From Actinomycetes bacterium (GTDB taxonomy: Bacteria; Actinomycetota; Acidimicrobiia; Acidimicrobiales; VFJN01), in assembly GCA_031422255.1 (NCBI GenBank), contig JANOQG010000382.1:1-39663 (forward strand): a stretch of DNA of 39,663 nt, given 5' to 3'. Both the position numbers and the translations under genes were made by a program. The notes under the pieces are model-generated. The model made no database searches, had not been told where the DNA came from, and saw nothing but the letters and a program-made list of their open reading frames with translations. This document shows, piece after piece, positions 27,942 through 38,303 of the stretch (positions are counted from its first letter, which is position 1; each line of letters begins with the position of its first letter).

Positions 27942-29209
27942 TGGAGATGCTCCGTCTGGCAACGGCAGGATCGGTGGATGACGGCAAGTCCACACTCATC
28001 GGGCGCCTGCTCTATGACTCGAAGGCGATCTTCGAGGACCAGCTCGAGGCGGTCGAGCGCACGTCGCGCGAGCGCGGCGATGAGTACACGAACCTGGCGC
28101 TGCTCACCGACGGACTCCGGGCAGAGCGCGAACAGGGCATCACGATCGACGTTGCCTACCGATACTTCGCCACGCCCAAGCGGAAGTTCATCATCGCCGA
28201 TACTCCGGGGCACACCCAGTACACCCGCAACATGGTCACGGGAGCGTCGACTGCCGACGTCGCCTTGATCCTCATCGATGCGCGCAAGGGTGTGTTGGAG
28301 CAGTCCCGGCGACACGCGTTCCTGGCATCGCTGCTCGGGATCCCGCACCTCGTGCTCTGCATCAACAAGATGGACCTCGTCGACTGGGACGAGGCGCGGT
28401 TCGAGGAGATCAAGAAGGAGTTCCGGTCGTTCGCGATGAAGTTGGACGTGCACGACCTCACCTTCATCCCGGTGTCGGCCTTGCACGGCGACAACATCGT
28501 TGATCGATCCACGAACATGCCCTGGTACGAGGGCAGCGCACTTCTGCACCATCTCGAGGAGGTGCACATCGCGTCGGATCGCAACCTGATCGACGCTCGC
28601 TTCCCGGTGCAGTACGTGATTCGCCCACAGAACCAGATGGATCTCGCCACCCACGACTACCGCGGTTACGCGGGGCAGGTGGCAGGCGGCGTGTTCAGAA
28701 CGGGCGACGAGGTGGTGGTCCTCCCGTCGGGGTTCACGTCCACGATCGCGTCGATCGACACCGCCGACGGTCCCATCGACGAGGCGTTCTCACCGATGTC
28801 GGTGACGCTGCGTCTCACGGACGAGATCGACATCAGTCGTGGCGACATGATCGCTCGACGCAAGAACCAGCCCCACGTCGGCCAGGACATCGAGGCGATG
28901 GTGTGCTGGATGTCTGAGGTGAGCTGGCTTCGCGAGGGCGCCAAGCTCGCCATCAAGCACACGACGCGATGGGCCCGGGCGCTGGTGAAGGACTTGCAGT
29001 ACCAGCTCGACATCAACACGTTGCATCGGTACGACGATTCCGTCGGGCTGGCTCTGAACGAGATCGGGCGGGTGACGCTCCGCACCACGGTGCCGCTCTT
29101 CTACGACGAGTACCGACGCAATCGAACGACGGGGAGCTTCATCCTCGTGGACGAGTCCACGAACACCACCGTGGGCGCCGGGATGATCCTCGCTCCCGCA
29201 AGCGAGTAG
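27941..29209 (+). CDS. cysN: Sulfate adenylyltransferase subunit 1 (GTPase)
   Basis: GSVDDGKST, AEREQGITID, DTPGH, NKMD; start overlaps the cysD stop (TGATG). Confidence 0.97.
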   Translation: MEMLRLATAGSVDDGKSTLIGRLLYDSKAIFEDQLEAVERTSRERGDEYTNLALLTDGLRAEREQGITIDVAYRYFATPKRKFIIADTPGHTQYTRNMVTGASTADVALILIDARKGVLEQSRRHAFLASLLGIPHLVLCINKMDLVDWDEARFEEIKKEFRSFAMKLDVHDLTFIPVSALHGDNIVDRSTNMPWYEGSALLHHLEEVHIASDRNLIDARFPVQYVIRPQNQMDLATHDYRGYAGQVAGGVFRTGDEVVVLPSGFTSTIASIDTADGPIDEAFSPMSVTLRLTDEIDISRGDMIARRKNQPHVGQDIEAMVCWMSEVSWLREGAKLAIKHTTRWARALVKDLQYQLDINTLHRYDDSVGLALNEIGRVTLRTTVPLFYDEYRRNRTTGSFILVDESTNTTVGAGMILAPASE

Positions 29210-29211
29210 CG

Positions 29212-29787
29212 GTGGCGAGCGACAACCTCACGTGGCACCCGGGAGATGTGTCCCGGGACGATCGTCCCTCAGTCGGTGCCACCGTGTGGCTCACCGGGCT
29301 GTCGGGCTCGGGCAAGTCCACGGTGGCTGTCGCCTGTGAGGCCCGCCTCGTCGCCTTTGACCGTCCTGCCTATGTGCTCGACGGTGACAACATCCGCCAA
29401 GGCCTCAACGGCGACCTTGGCTTCTCCGCCGCCGATCGCGCTGAGAACGTGCGGCGTGTCGGCCATGTGGCTCGCCTGATGGCCGACTCGGGCCTCGTGG
29501 TGCTCGTTCCGCTCATCAGCCCGTACCGCGCTGACCGCGACCTCGTGCGCGACCTCCACTCGGTCGCCGGACTGCCGTTCTTCGAGGTGTTCGTCGACAC
29601 GCCGATCGAGCTCTGTGAGCAGCGCGACCCGAAGGGCCTCTATGCGAAGGCCCGAGCCGGGGAGATCACCGGGTTCACGGGCATCGACGACCCCTACGAG
29701 GCGCCGGCGCGCCCCGAGCTCGTGCTCACGCCAGCCGCGGGCGACCCGGTGGCCATGGCGGCCTTGGTGCTCGGGCTGCTCGACTAA
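29212..29787 (+). CDS. cysC: Adenylyl-sulfate kinase
   Basis: TGLSGSGKST, LDGDNIR, RDPKGLY, FTGIDDPYEAP; GTG 2 nt after the cysN stop. Confidence 0.96.
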   Translation: MASDNLTWHPGDVSRDDRPSVGATVWLTGLSGSGKSTVAVACEARLVAFDRPAYVLDGDNIRQGLNGDLGFSAADRAENVRRVGHVARLMADSGLVVLVPLISPYRADRDLVRDLHSVAGLPFFEVFVDTPIELCEQRDPKGLYAKARAGEITGFTGIDDPYEAPARPELVLTPAAGDPVAMAALVLGLLD

Positions 29788-29796
29788 GGACCCGAT

Positions 29797-31482
29797 CTAC
29801 CGGGCGAGCGGCTTGTACTTGATGCGGTGCGGCTGGTCTGCGTCGTGGCCGAGTTCCTTCCTCCGCCACGCCTCGTAGTCGCTGTAGTTGCCCTCGAACC
29901 ACCGCACCTGGCTGTCGCCCTCGAACGCAAGGATGTGCGTGGCGATCCGATCGAGGAACCAACGGTCATGGCTGATGACCACGGCGCATCCGGCGAAGGC
30001 CTCGAGCGCATCCTCGAGGGCGCGGAGGGTGTCGACGTCGAGGTCGTTGGTCGGCTCGTCGAGAAGAAGCACGTTCGCACCCTGTTTGAGCATCTTGGCC
30101 AGGAGTACCCGGTTGCGCTCGCCACCGGAGAGCACGCCGACCGGCTTCTGCTGGTCGGAGCCCTTGAAGTTGAACTTGCTGACGTACGCCCGCCCGTTGA
30201 CCTCCTGGTCGCCCACCTTCATGAAGTCGGTGGTGCTACCGGTGATCTCCTCGTAGACCGTTGCATCGGGGGTGAGGCTGTCGCGGCTCTGGTCGACGTA
30301 GGCCAGGTCGACCGTGTCGCCCACGGTGAACGTGCCGGCATCGGGCTGCTCCTGGCCGGTGATCATCCGGAAGAGGGTGGTCTTGCCTGCGCCGTTGGGG
30401 CCGATGACACCGACGATGCCTGCCGGAGGGAGCTTGAAGGTGAGGTTCTCGACGAGCAGTCGGTCGCCGTAGCCCTTGTCGACGTTGTCGGCCTCGATCA
30501 CGATCCCGCCGAGTCTCCGGCCAGCGGGCAGCTGGATCTGGAGCTTGTCCATCCTGCCCTCGGCCTCCTCGGCCTCGGCCCGCAGCTTGTCGTAGGCGGC
30601 GAGGCGGGCTTTGCCCTTCGCCTGACGCGCCTTGGGAGCCATGCGGACCCACTCGAGCTCTCGCTCCAAGGTGCGCCGACGGTTGGAGTCGCTCTTTTCC
30701 TCAGCCTGGAGTCGGGCCTGCTTCTGCTCCAACCAGCCCGTGTAGTTGCCCTCGAAGGGGTGGCCGCGGCCGAACTCGAGCTCGAGGATCCACTGGGCGA
30801 CGTTGTCGAGGAAGTAGCGATCATGCGTGATGGCCACGACGGTGCCTGGGTAGGTCTTGAGCGTGTGCTCCAACCACGCGACGGACTCGGCATCGAGGTG
30901 GTTGGTGGGCTCGTCGAGCAGAAGCAGGTCGGGCTTGGACAGCAGCAGTCGGCAGAGGGCGACCCGGCGCTTCTCGCCGCCAGAGAGCGGACCGATGGCG
31001 GCGTCGCCAGGTGGAAGCCGGAGCGCGTCCATGGCGATTTCGATCTGGCGGTCGAGGTCGTCGGCTCCGGCCGCCTGGATCTTGGCCTCGAGCTCGGCCT
31101 GCTCGGCTCCGATCTTGTCGTAGTCGGCGTCGGGGTCGGCGTACTTGGCCAACACGGCGTCGTAGCGCTCGAGCAGCCCCGCCACCTCGGCCACACCGTC
31201 CATGACGTTGCCGCGGACGTCCTTGGTCTCGTCGAGCACGGGCTCCTGCTCGAGCAGGCCGACCGTGAATCCGGGTGACAGGCGCGCCTCGCCGGTGAAC
31301 CCGTCGTCCAACCCGGCCATGATGCGGAGGAGGGACGACTTGCCTGAGCCGTTGGACCCGATCACGCCGATCTTGGCGCCTGGGTAGAAGGACAGGCTGA
31401 CGTCCTTGAGCACGTCCTTGTCCGGCGGGTGGTAACGGCTCACCTTCCGCATGGTGAAGATGAACTGGGCGGCGTTGCTCAT
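29797..31482 (-). CDS. ettA: Energy-dependent translational throttle ABC-F protein EttA
   Basis: FYPGAKIGVIGSNGSGKS, LSGGEKRR, ELEWVR..PKARQAKGKARL linker, second ABC domain, PHRIKYK end. Confidence 0.96.
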   Translation of the reverse strand: MSNAAQFIFTMRKVSRYHPPDKDVLKDVSLSFYPGAKIGVIGSNGSGKSSLLRIMAGLDDGFTGEARLSPGFTVGLLEQEPVLDETKDVRGNVMDGVAEVAGLLERYDAVLAKYADPDADYDKIGAEQAELEAKIQAAGADDLDRQIEIAMDALRLPPGDAAIGPLSGGEKRRVALCRLLLSKPDLLLLDEPTNHLDAESVAWLEHTLKTYPGTVVAITHDRYFLDNVAQWILELEFGRGHPFEGNYTGWLEQKQARLQAEEKSDSNRRRTLERELEWVRMAPKARQAKGKARLAAYDKLRAEAEEAEGRMDKLQIQLPAGRRLGGIVIEADNVDKGYGDRLLVENLTFKLPPAGIVGVIGPNGAGKTTLFRMITGQEQPDAGTFTVGDTVDLAYVDQSRDSLTPDATVYEEITGSTTDFMKVGDQEVNGRAYVSKFNFKGSDQQKPVGVLSGGERNRVLLAKMLKQGANVLLLDEPTNDLDVDTLRALEDALEAFAGCAVVISHDRWFLDRIATHILAFEGDSQVRWFEGNYSDYEAWRRKELGHDADQPHRIKYKPLAR

Positions 31483-31533
31483 GGCGGTCGAGGGTATCGG
31501 CCGCTCCCGTGCGCCTTCGAACTCGGTGGTGGG

Positions 31534-31743
31534 CTAGCGACGGTGGATGCTCTGCAGGTGGGGGAGCGCGACGACGTAGTCGACGTCGCCTGCCACGATC
31601 CAGGCCGAGCGAGTTGTGCAGGACAGGAGGGTGCCGGCGATCTCGCCGGTGGTGGTGTGCGCCGCCACCTCAGCTCCGATCAGCGTGCGGAGATCGTGCA
31701 GGGAGACCTGCCCGCCGCTCGCTAGTGCTGCCGCCGCTTCCAT
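31534..31743 (-). CDS. Small hypothetical protein, possible Sm/LSm-like fold
   Basis: GGGAGG RBS before ATG; helix LHDLRTLIG followed by five short strand-like segments. Confidence 0.65.
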   Translation of the reverse strand: MEAAAALASGGQVSLHDLRTLIGAEVAAHTTTGEIAGTLLSCTTRSAWIVAGDVDYVVALPHLQSIHRR

Positions 31744-31864
31744 GCGTCGCCTCCCGTGGCCGATGGCTGGGTTCGGCTCGGTCTAGACGCCGCGCGCGAA
31801 GCGGTGGTGGATGCTGCCCGCCGACGTGGCGTGAAGGTGCGGGCCCGGACTGGTTTGCGTCACC

Positions 31865-32671
31865 ATGGCGGCGATGACTGAGCCCCGAACACCGTTGCCC
31901 GTCGACGCAGACGATCACGAGCTGGCGACCTGGCTTGCCACCGAGGCAGGCCTCGTTCTCCTCGAGCTGCGAGGCCGGCACGGTTCGGCGCCAGCCGATC
32001 CAGCGGCGCTCAAGGCCGAAGGCGATGCGAGCAGCCAACGATTCTTGGCCGCTGCGCTCGAAAGGGCCCGGCCCGGCGATGCTGTGCTGTCAGAGGAAGC
32101 CGCCGATGTCTCCGCTCGGGTTGCCGCACAGCGCGTTTGGATCATCGACCCGCTCGACGGCACGCGTGAGTTTGGGGAGCCGCCGCGCGATGACTGGGCA
32201 GTGCACGTTGCACTGGTGATTGGCGGCCACCTCAGGGTCGGAGCGGTCGCTCTGCCCGCGGCATCCGTCACGTTCTCGACAGCGCCGGTTCCGACGCCAC
32301 CTCCCCATCACGACGGCCCGATTCGGATGCTGGTGAGCCGCACGCGTGCGCATCCCGCCACCGTGGCTGCCTCCGAGGCCCTCGGTGCGGTGCTGGTACC
32401 CATGGGTTCGGCCGGGGCGAAGGCCATGGCCGTGGTGCGGGGAGCAGCCGACGTGTACGCACACGCCGGCGGCCAGTACGAGTGGGACTCCGCCGCGCCG
32501 GCGGCGGTTGCGGCGGCAGCAGGGCTGCACGTGTCGGGCATCGACGGTCGGCCGCTGACGTGGAACAAGCCCGACCCCTGGTCGCCGGACCTGCTGATCT
32601 GTCGCCCGGAGCTCGCCGATCAGGTGGTCGACGCCATGCGGGTGGCTCTGGCCGACCAGCCCGGGGGCTGA
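31865..32671 (+). CDS. cysQ: 3'(2'),5'-bisphosphate nucleotidase CysQ (copy 2)
   Basis: LSEE, WIIDPLDGTREF, GSAGAKAM, GGQYEWDSAAP; start 31865 or 31874. Confidence 0.92.
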   Translation: MAAMTEPRTPLPVDADDHELATWLATEAGLVLLELRGRHGSAPADPAALKAEGDASSQRFLAAALERARPGDAVLSEEAADVSARVAAQRVWIIDPLDGTREFGEPPRDDWAVHVALVIGGHLRVGAVALPAASVTFSTAPVPTPPPHHDGPIRMLVSRTRAHPATVAASEALGAVLVPMGSAGAKAMAVVRGAADVYAHAGGQYEWDSAAPAAVAAAAGLHVSGIDGRPLTWNKPDPWSPDLLICRPELADQVVDAMRVALADQPGG

Positions 32672-32696
32672 CCGCGGCGCCGCTACGATCGGCGCG

Positions 32697-35600
32697 GTGG
32701 CTGCAGACATTCCCCCCCATGACGACGCACTGCCGAGTGCCGTCGGTCCCAACGCCTGGCTCGTCGATGAGATGCACGAGCAGTATCTCAGCGATCCGGC
32801 ATCGGTGAGCGAGAGCTGGCGTGATTTCTTCGCAGACTACCGGCGCGACGCCGCACCGCAGACCGCCCCGATCGCCCCGCCCGCTCCCGTCGAGGCGCCC
32901 AGGCCTGTCGCGACGCCAGCGGTCCAGGCATCGGAAGCGACCCCGACGGCCACGGCTCCAGCCGTGGTTGCCGAGCCTGAGGGAGACGCGATCCGAGGGG
33001 CGGCTGCGCGGATCGTGCAGAACATGGAAGCCAGCCTCGGCGTGCCCACGGCCACCAGCTTCCGCAGCGTCCCAGCCAAGCTCCTCGAGGTCAACCGTCG
33101 GATCATCAATGGCTACCTCGGTCGTACCCGCGGCGGGAAGGTGTCCTTCACGCACCTGATCGGCTACGCGGTCGTGCGGGCGATCCACGACACGGCGCCG
33201 GTCATGAACGCTTCCTACATCGAAGATGCGGATGGCAAACCTCGGGTGGTCCGGCATGATCACGTGAGCCTTGGCATCGCGGTCGACATGCAGAAGTCCG
33301 ACGGCAGCCGCACGCTCCTGGTGCCCGTGGTGCGTGATGCAGATGCGCTCGACTTCCGGGGCTTCTGGGGGGCCTATGAGGAGCTGATCCACAAGGTTCG
33401 CTCGAACAAGCTCAGCCCCGATGACTTCGCGGGCATCACGGTCACGCTCACCAACCCGGGCACGATCGGCACGCAGCAGTCGGTGCCCCGCCTCATGCCT
33501 GGCCAGGGACTCATCGTGGGTGTTGGCAGCCTCGACTACCCCTCGGAGTGGAAGGCCGCCGACCCCGTCACGCTCGCCGATCTGGGCATCTCCAAGGTCA
33601 TCACGATCAGCTCCACCTACGACCACCGCATCATCCAAGGGGCAGAGTCGGGCCTGTTCCTGAAGCGGGTGGAGGAGCTGCTCCTCGGCACCGACGGCTT
33701 TTACGACGACGTGTTCAGAGCGCTGGGAGTGCCCTACGAAGCCGTGCAGTGGCGGCGCGACGTCAACCCCATCGACCGTGAGCAAGCCATGCTCGAGAAG
33801 CAGATGGCGGTGGCCAACCTCATCCGCATCCATCGCGTGCGCGGGCATCTCATCGCCGACCTCGACCCGCTCCGGTGGAAGGAGCCGGAGATGCCGGTCG
33901 AGCTTGACCCGGCCACCTACGGCCTCACGATCTGGGATCTCGACCGCGAGTTCCTCACGGGAGGACTGGCCGGCCGCGAGCGGGTCGCACTGGGCGACAT
34001 CCTCCACGTGCTGCGCGACGCCTACTGCCGCACCGTCGGCATCGAGTACATGCACATCCAGGATCCCGTCGAACAGCAGTGGATCCAGGATCAGGTCGAG
34101 GGTGTGGCCCCCGAGCTCGACCTGGACGATCAGCGGTACATCCTCGAGCGGCTCAACGCTGCCGAGGCCTTCGAGAAGTTCCTCGCCACGAAGTACGTGG
34201 GGCAGAAGCGATTCGGGCTCGAGGGGGCGGAATCCGCCATTCCCATCCTCGATGCCATCCTCGAGGCGGCCGCCGATGCGGGTCTCGTGGGTTCGGTGAT
34301 CGGCATGCCCCACCGCGGGCGTTTGAACGTGCTGACGAACATCGTTGGCAAGAGCTACGACCAGCTGTTCCGGGAGTTCGAAGGTCAGGTCGATCCCGAC
34401 TCGATGCAGGGTTCCGGTGACGTGAAGTATCACCTCGGCCAGGTGGGCAAGTTCGTCGCGCGGTCGGGGAAGGACATCACCGTGGAGCTGGCCGCCAACC
34501 CGAGTCATCTCGAGGCGGTCGATCCCGTCGTGGTGGGAATGGTTCGGGCCAAGCAGGACGCCATCAACGAACCCGAGGCCTTCTCGGTGTTGCCGATCCT
34601 CATGCATGGCGACGCCGCGTTCGCGGGCCAGGGAGTGGTGGCGGAGACGCTCAACATGAGCGACATCAAGGGCTACCGCGTCGGCGGCACGGTGCACGTG
34701 GTCGTCAACAACCAGATCGGGTTCACCACCACCCCCGAATCCGCTCGCTCCGGCTTCTACTCAACCGACGTCGCCAAGATCATCCAGGCGCCGATCTTCC
34801 ACGTCAACGGCGACGATCCCGAGGCGTGTGTGCGCGTGGCCCGCCTGGCCTTCGCCTATCGCCAGCGGTTCCGCAAGGACGCCGTCATCGACATGGTCTG
34901 CTACCGCCGTCATGGGCACAACGAGGGTGATGATCCCAGCTACACCCAGCCGATCATGTACGCCAAGATCGACGCGCGACGTTCGGTGCGAAAGCTGTTC
35001 ACAGAGTCGCTCGTGAAGCGAGGACAGCTTTCGCTGGAGGAGGCTGAGGTCGCCCTCGACGACTTCCAGAAGCGGCTGCAGTCTGCCCTCGAGCAGACTC
35101 GCCAGTCCGCCCCCACCGTCGAGGCCGTCGCGAAGCCCCCGTCTCCGCCGATCGGGGTCTTGCCTGCTCTCGCTACCGGCGTCGAGCGCGAGGTGCTGGA
35201 GCGGATCTACACCGCGCTTTCCACCTTCCCCGACGCGTTTCAGGTACACCCCAAGCTGCTCAAGCAGTTCGAAGCACGTCACGCGATGTTCAAGGAGGGT
35301 GCGGTCGACTGGGCGCTCGCCGAGGCGATGGCCTACGGCTCGCTCCTTCTCGAGGGCACCGACCTGCGCATCGCGGGCCAGGACACTCGTCGCGGCACGT
35401 TCAGCCATCGCCACGCGGTGGTGATCGACCACACCAACGGCGACGAGTTCGCACCCCTCGCGCACCTCGGGGCCGAGCAGGGCAAGTTCTGGATCTACGA
35501 CTCGCTGCTCTCCGAATACGCCGCCCTCGGCTTCGAGTACGGGTACTCGGTCGTAGCCAAGGAATCGCTCGTGATCTGGGAGGCCCAGTTCGGCGACTTC

Positions 35601-36332
35601 TGGAACGGCGCGTCCACGATCGTCGACCAGTTCCTGGTGGCAGCCGAGGACAAGTGGAACCAGACGGCTGGCCTCGTGATGTACCTACCCCATGGGTACG
35701 AAGGCCAGGGACCGGAGCACTCGTCGGCGCGGGTCGAGCGATTCCTGACGCTGTGTGCCGAGGACAACATCCAGGTGGCCAACGTCACCCAGGCCTCGCA
35801 GCTGTTCCACCTTCTGCGTCGCCAGGTCCGGCGCACGGTGCGAAAGCCACTTGTGCTGTTCACCCCGAAGTCCCTCCTCCGGGCCAAGACCATGCGTTCT
35901 CCCGTCGAGGATCTCTTCACCGGTTCGTTCCGCGAGACGCTCGACGACGCCGGGGTGGCGGATCCCGCGGCTGTACGACGCGTCGTGTTGACGGCCGGCA
36001 AGATCGGCCATGAGGCGATCGCGGCTCGTGATTCCGCCGGGGCGCCGATCGCGGTCGTGCGCGTGGAGCAGCTCTACCCGTGGCCCTACGAGCAGCTCGA
36101 CGAGATCGTGGCCCGCTACCCCGGGGCCAAGGAGATCGTCTGGCTTCAGGAGGAGGCGGAGAACATGGGCGCCTGGAACTTCGTGAAGGGGCGTCTCTAC
36201 GAGCGCTTCGACGCGAGCCACTCGATCCATCGCATCTCCCGCTACGAGTCGGGGAGTCCTGCCACCGGCTCGCACGCCGTCCACGCCCAAGAGCAAGCAC
36301 ACCTGCTCGCGCGATCTCTCGACCTCACCTAG
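32697..36332 (+). CDS. kgd: Multifunctional 2-oxoglutarate dehydrogenase/decarboxylase (E2o-E1o fusion, Kgd/OdhA)
   Basis: GPNAWLVDEM, acyltransferase YDHRIIQGAESG, KRFGLEG, HGDAAFAGQG ThDP motif, HGYEGQGPEHSS. Confidence 0.97.
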   Translation: MAADIPPHDDALPSAVGPNAWLVDEMHEQYLSDPASVSESWRDFFADYRRDAAPQTAPIAPPAPVEAPRPVATPAVQASEATPTATAPAVVAEPEGDAIRGAAARIVQNMEASLGVPTATSFRSVPAKLLEVNRRIINGYLGRTRGGKVSFTHLIGYAVVRAIHDTAPVMNASYIEDADGKPRVVRHDHVSLGIAVDMQKSDGSRTLLVPVVRDADALDFRGFWGAYEELIHKVRSNKLSPDDFAGITVTLTNPGTIGTQQSVPRLMPGQGLIVGVGSLDYPSEWKAADPVTLADLGISKVITISSTYDHRIIQGAESGLFLKRVEELLLGTDGFYDDVFRALGVPYEAVQWRRDVNPIDREQAMLEKQMAVANLIRIHRVRGHLIADLDPLRWKEPEMPVELDPATYGLTIWDLDREFLTGGLAGRERVALGDILHVLRDAYCRTVGIEYMHIQDPVEQQWIQDQVEGVAPELDLDDQRYILERLNAAEAFEKFLATKYVGQKRFGLEGAESAIPILDAILEAAADAGLVGSVIGMPHRGRLNVLTNIVGKSYDQLFREFEGQVDPDSMQGSGDVKYHLGQVGKFVARSGKDITVELAANPSHLEAVDPVVVGMVRAKQDAINEPEAFSVLPILMHGDAAFAGQGVVAETLNMSDIKGYRVGGTVHVVVNNQIGFTTTPESARSGFYSTDVAKIIQAPIFHVNGDDPEACVRVARLAFAYRQRFRKDAVIDMVCYRRHGHNEGDDPSYTQPIMYAKIDARRSVRKLFTESLVKRGQLSLEEAEVALDDFQKRLQSALEQTRQSAPTVEAVAKPPSPPIGVLPALATGVEREVLERIYTALSTFPDAFQVHPKLLKQFEARHAMFKEGAVDWALAEAMAYGSLLLEGTDLRIAGQDTRRGTFSHRHAVVIDHTNGDEFAPLAHLGAEQGKFWIYDSLLSEYAALGFEYGYSVVAKESLVIWEAQFGDFWNGASTIVDQFLVAAEDKWNQTAGLVMYLPHGYEGQGPEHSSARVERFLTLCAEDNIQVANVTQASQLFHLLRRQVRRTVRKPLVLFTPKSLLRAKTMRSPVEDLFTGSFRETLDDAGVADPAAVRRVVLTAGKIGHEAIAARDSAGAPIAVVRVEQLYPWPYEQLDEIVARYPGAKEIVWLQEEAENMGAWNFVKGRLYERFDASHSIHRISRYESGSPATGSHAVHAQEQAHLLARSLDLT

Positions 36333-36348
36333 CGGCCCGGACGCACGC

Positions 36349-36984
36349 TCACCCCAACGGGAATCCGACGACCTGCTCCAGCTCGCGAAGGGCGGCGGCG
36401 GGGTCCACGACCTTGATCGTCGTCATGCCCATCGCAGCGGCCGGCTTGAGGTTGACTCCCAGGTCATCGAGGAACACCGCCTCGGCGGGTGCAACGCCGC
36501 ACTGCTCGCAGGCCAGCTCATAGAACCGCGGGTCGGGCTTGCGCACGCCCACCTTGCTCGACTCGATGACGTGGTGGAACAGCCCGAGCACGTCGGCGCG
36601 TCCTGCATCCACGGTCTCGGACGGGAGGTCGCCGAATCCCACCCAGTTGTTGGTGAGGCAGGCAGTGACCAAGTTGGCCCGGCACCGGCGAACGGCCTCG
36701 ACCATCGTCGGACGGATCTCGCCCGCGAGCAGCGGCATGACCTCACGCGCCACCACCTGCTGCCCCGCAGCGCGACACTCAGCCTCGAACAGGTCACAGA
36801 ACTCGGGGAAGGGCACCTCGCTCCGCTCGAAGCGCGCCCAGGCGTTGACGTCCGGGTTGGTGGAGTTCACGGTTCGGATGAAGTCGATCGGCAGCCCGTG
36901 CGCGGATTCGTATCCGTTGAAGGCCTCGAACGGACTCGAGAGCACGACGCCGCCGAAGTCGAAGAAGGCCGCTCGGATGGTCAC
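36349..36984 (-). CDS. HAD family phosphatase (epoxide-hydrolase N-terminal-like)
   Basis: FFDFGGV, LTNNW, GVRKPDPRFY, FLDDLGVNL; GTG overlaps the upstream TGA (GTGA). Confidence 0.92.
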   Translation of the reverse strand: MTIRAAFFDFGGVVLSSPFEAFNGYESAHGLPIDFIRTVNSTNPDVNAWARFERSEVPFPEFCDLFEAECRAAGQQVVAREVMPLLAGEIRPTMVEAVRRCRANLVTACLTNNWVGFGDLPSETVDAGRADVLGLFHHVIESSKVGVRKPDPRFYELACEQCGVAPAEAVFLDDLGVNLKPAAAMGMTTIKVVDPAAALRELEQVVGFPLG

Positions 36985-38303
36985 GTCAGCAAGTCTGTGG
37001 CGAGGGCTTCCCACATCGACGTGCTGAGTTGCAGCGACTCGACATCGATCCGTTCATCGTCGCCGTGGAACATGGCGCCGTAGTCCTCGAAGGACAGGTG
37101 CTCAGAGAACAAGCCGAACCCGTACGAGGTCGTACCGAGGCGCCGGAAGAAGCGCGCGTCTGTCGCGCCAACTGTCATGAACGGGACGATCTTCGAACCC
37201 GCGTAGAAGTCCTGTGTGACGCGGCCCAGCGCATCCCACAATGGCGTGTCGATCGGAGAAGCCGTTGACGGGTCATCGGCGGATGCGAGGAGCTCGACCT
37301 TCGGAGCAAGGTCGCCCAGCGCTTCGTCGAGCATCGCTCGCACCTCGGTTTCGCCCTGACCGGGAAGCGTGCGGATGTCGAGTTGCAGGTCGACGCGGTC
37401 GGGGATGACGTTGATCTTCGTGCCACCGTGCGCGATGGTCGGAGCGAAGGTCGTGTGAGTGCATGCGTGGAACTGACGCCCCATGCCGACGGGTAGCTGG
37501 TCGCACGCGTCCATGAAGTCGGCGGGATTGAGCAACGGGCCGACGATCTCCTCTGGGTAGTCCATCCCCTCGAGGAACTGTCGCCAGATGCCGTGGATCT
37601 CGGTGCGAGGCTGGTACTCCGCGATCCTCTGCACGACGGCGGCGGCCGTCACGAGAGCGTTGTCCGTCTTGTAGGGCTGCGATCCGTGGCCTGGCGTTCC
37701 CATCACCCGCAATGTCACCCAGAAGCTGCCCTTCTCGCCCACGATCACGGGCAGCTTCAGGCCGGTGGGGCTGGGGATCGGGATGCCTCCCGACTCGGTG
37801 ATCACGTAGTCGGCCCGGATTGCGTCGGGCTCGTGATCGACGAGGTGCTGGGCTCCGAGGGAGCCAAGGGCCTCCTCATCGGCAACCGCGAGGTAGATGA
37901 GGGTGCCCTTGGGCCGAAAGGCACCGCGGGCGAGGTGCTTCACCGCTACTGCCATCGACGCGGTGAGGTTGAGCATGTCGACGGCGCCGCGACCCCACAC
38001 CTCGCCGTCGATGAGCTCCCCGCCAAAGGGGTCATGGCGCCAACCGTCAGGGTTCACGGGAACGACGTCCGTGTGCCCCATGAGCAGAAGCGTGGGTGCG
38101 TCCGGGTCGGTTCCCTCGATGCGACCGACAAGGCTCGTGCGACCGGGAGCGGGTTCATAGCGCTCGAGGTCGACGCCCGATCCTTCGAGGTAGGTCTCGA
38201 GAAGATCGGCACTCCGCACTTCGTGTCCCGACGTCGCGGTGCCGTCGTTCACGCACTCGTTTCGGATGAGTTGTTGCAGCAGATCGGTGACCTCGTCGCT
38301 CAT
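36981..38303 (-). CDS. M20/M25/M40 family metallopeptidase
   Basis: GHTDVVP, GRGAVDM, ADEE, GHGS, GATDAR, HGDDE. Confidence 0.94.
   Translation of the reverse strand: MSDEVTDLLQQLIRNECVNDGTATSGHEVRSADLLETYLEGSGVDLERYEPAPGRTSLVGRIEGTDPDAPTLLLMGHTDVVPVNPDGWRHDPFGGELIDGEVWGRGAVDMLNLTASMAVAVKHLARGAFRPKGTLIYLAVADEEALGSLGAQHLVDHEPDAIRADYVITESGGIPIPSPTGLKLPVIVGEKGSFWVTLRVMGTPGHGSQPYKTDNALVTAAAVVQRIAEYQPRTEIHGIWRQFLEGMDYPEEIVGPLLNPADFMDACDQLPVGMGRQFHACTHTTFAPTIAHGGTKINVIPDRVDLQLDIRTLPGQGETEVRAMLDEALGDLAPKVELLASADDPSTASPIDTPLWDALGRVTQDFYAGSKIVPFMTVGATDARFFRRLGTTSYGFGLFSEHLSFEDYGAMFHGDDERIDVESLQLSTSMWEALATDLLT

Noticed and set aside
32268-34697. 809-aa antisense ORF, and other long shadow ORFs such as 22229-23872, 29827-31278 and 24876-26204
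   Set aside because: They mirror well-supported genes on the opposite strand and carry no motifs; expected from high-GC codon bias
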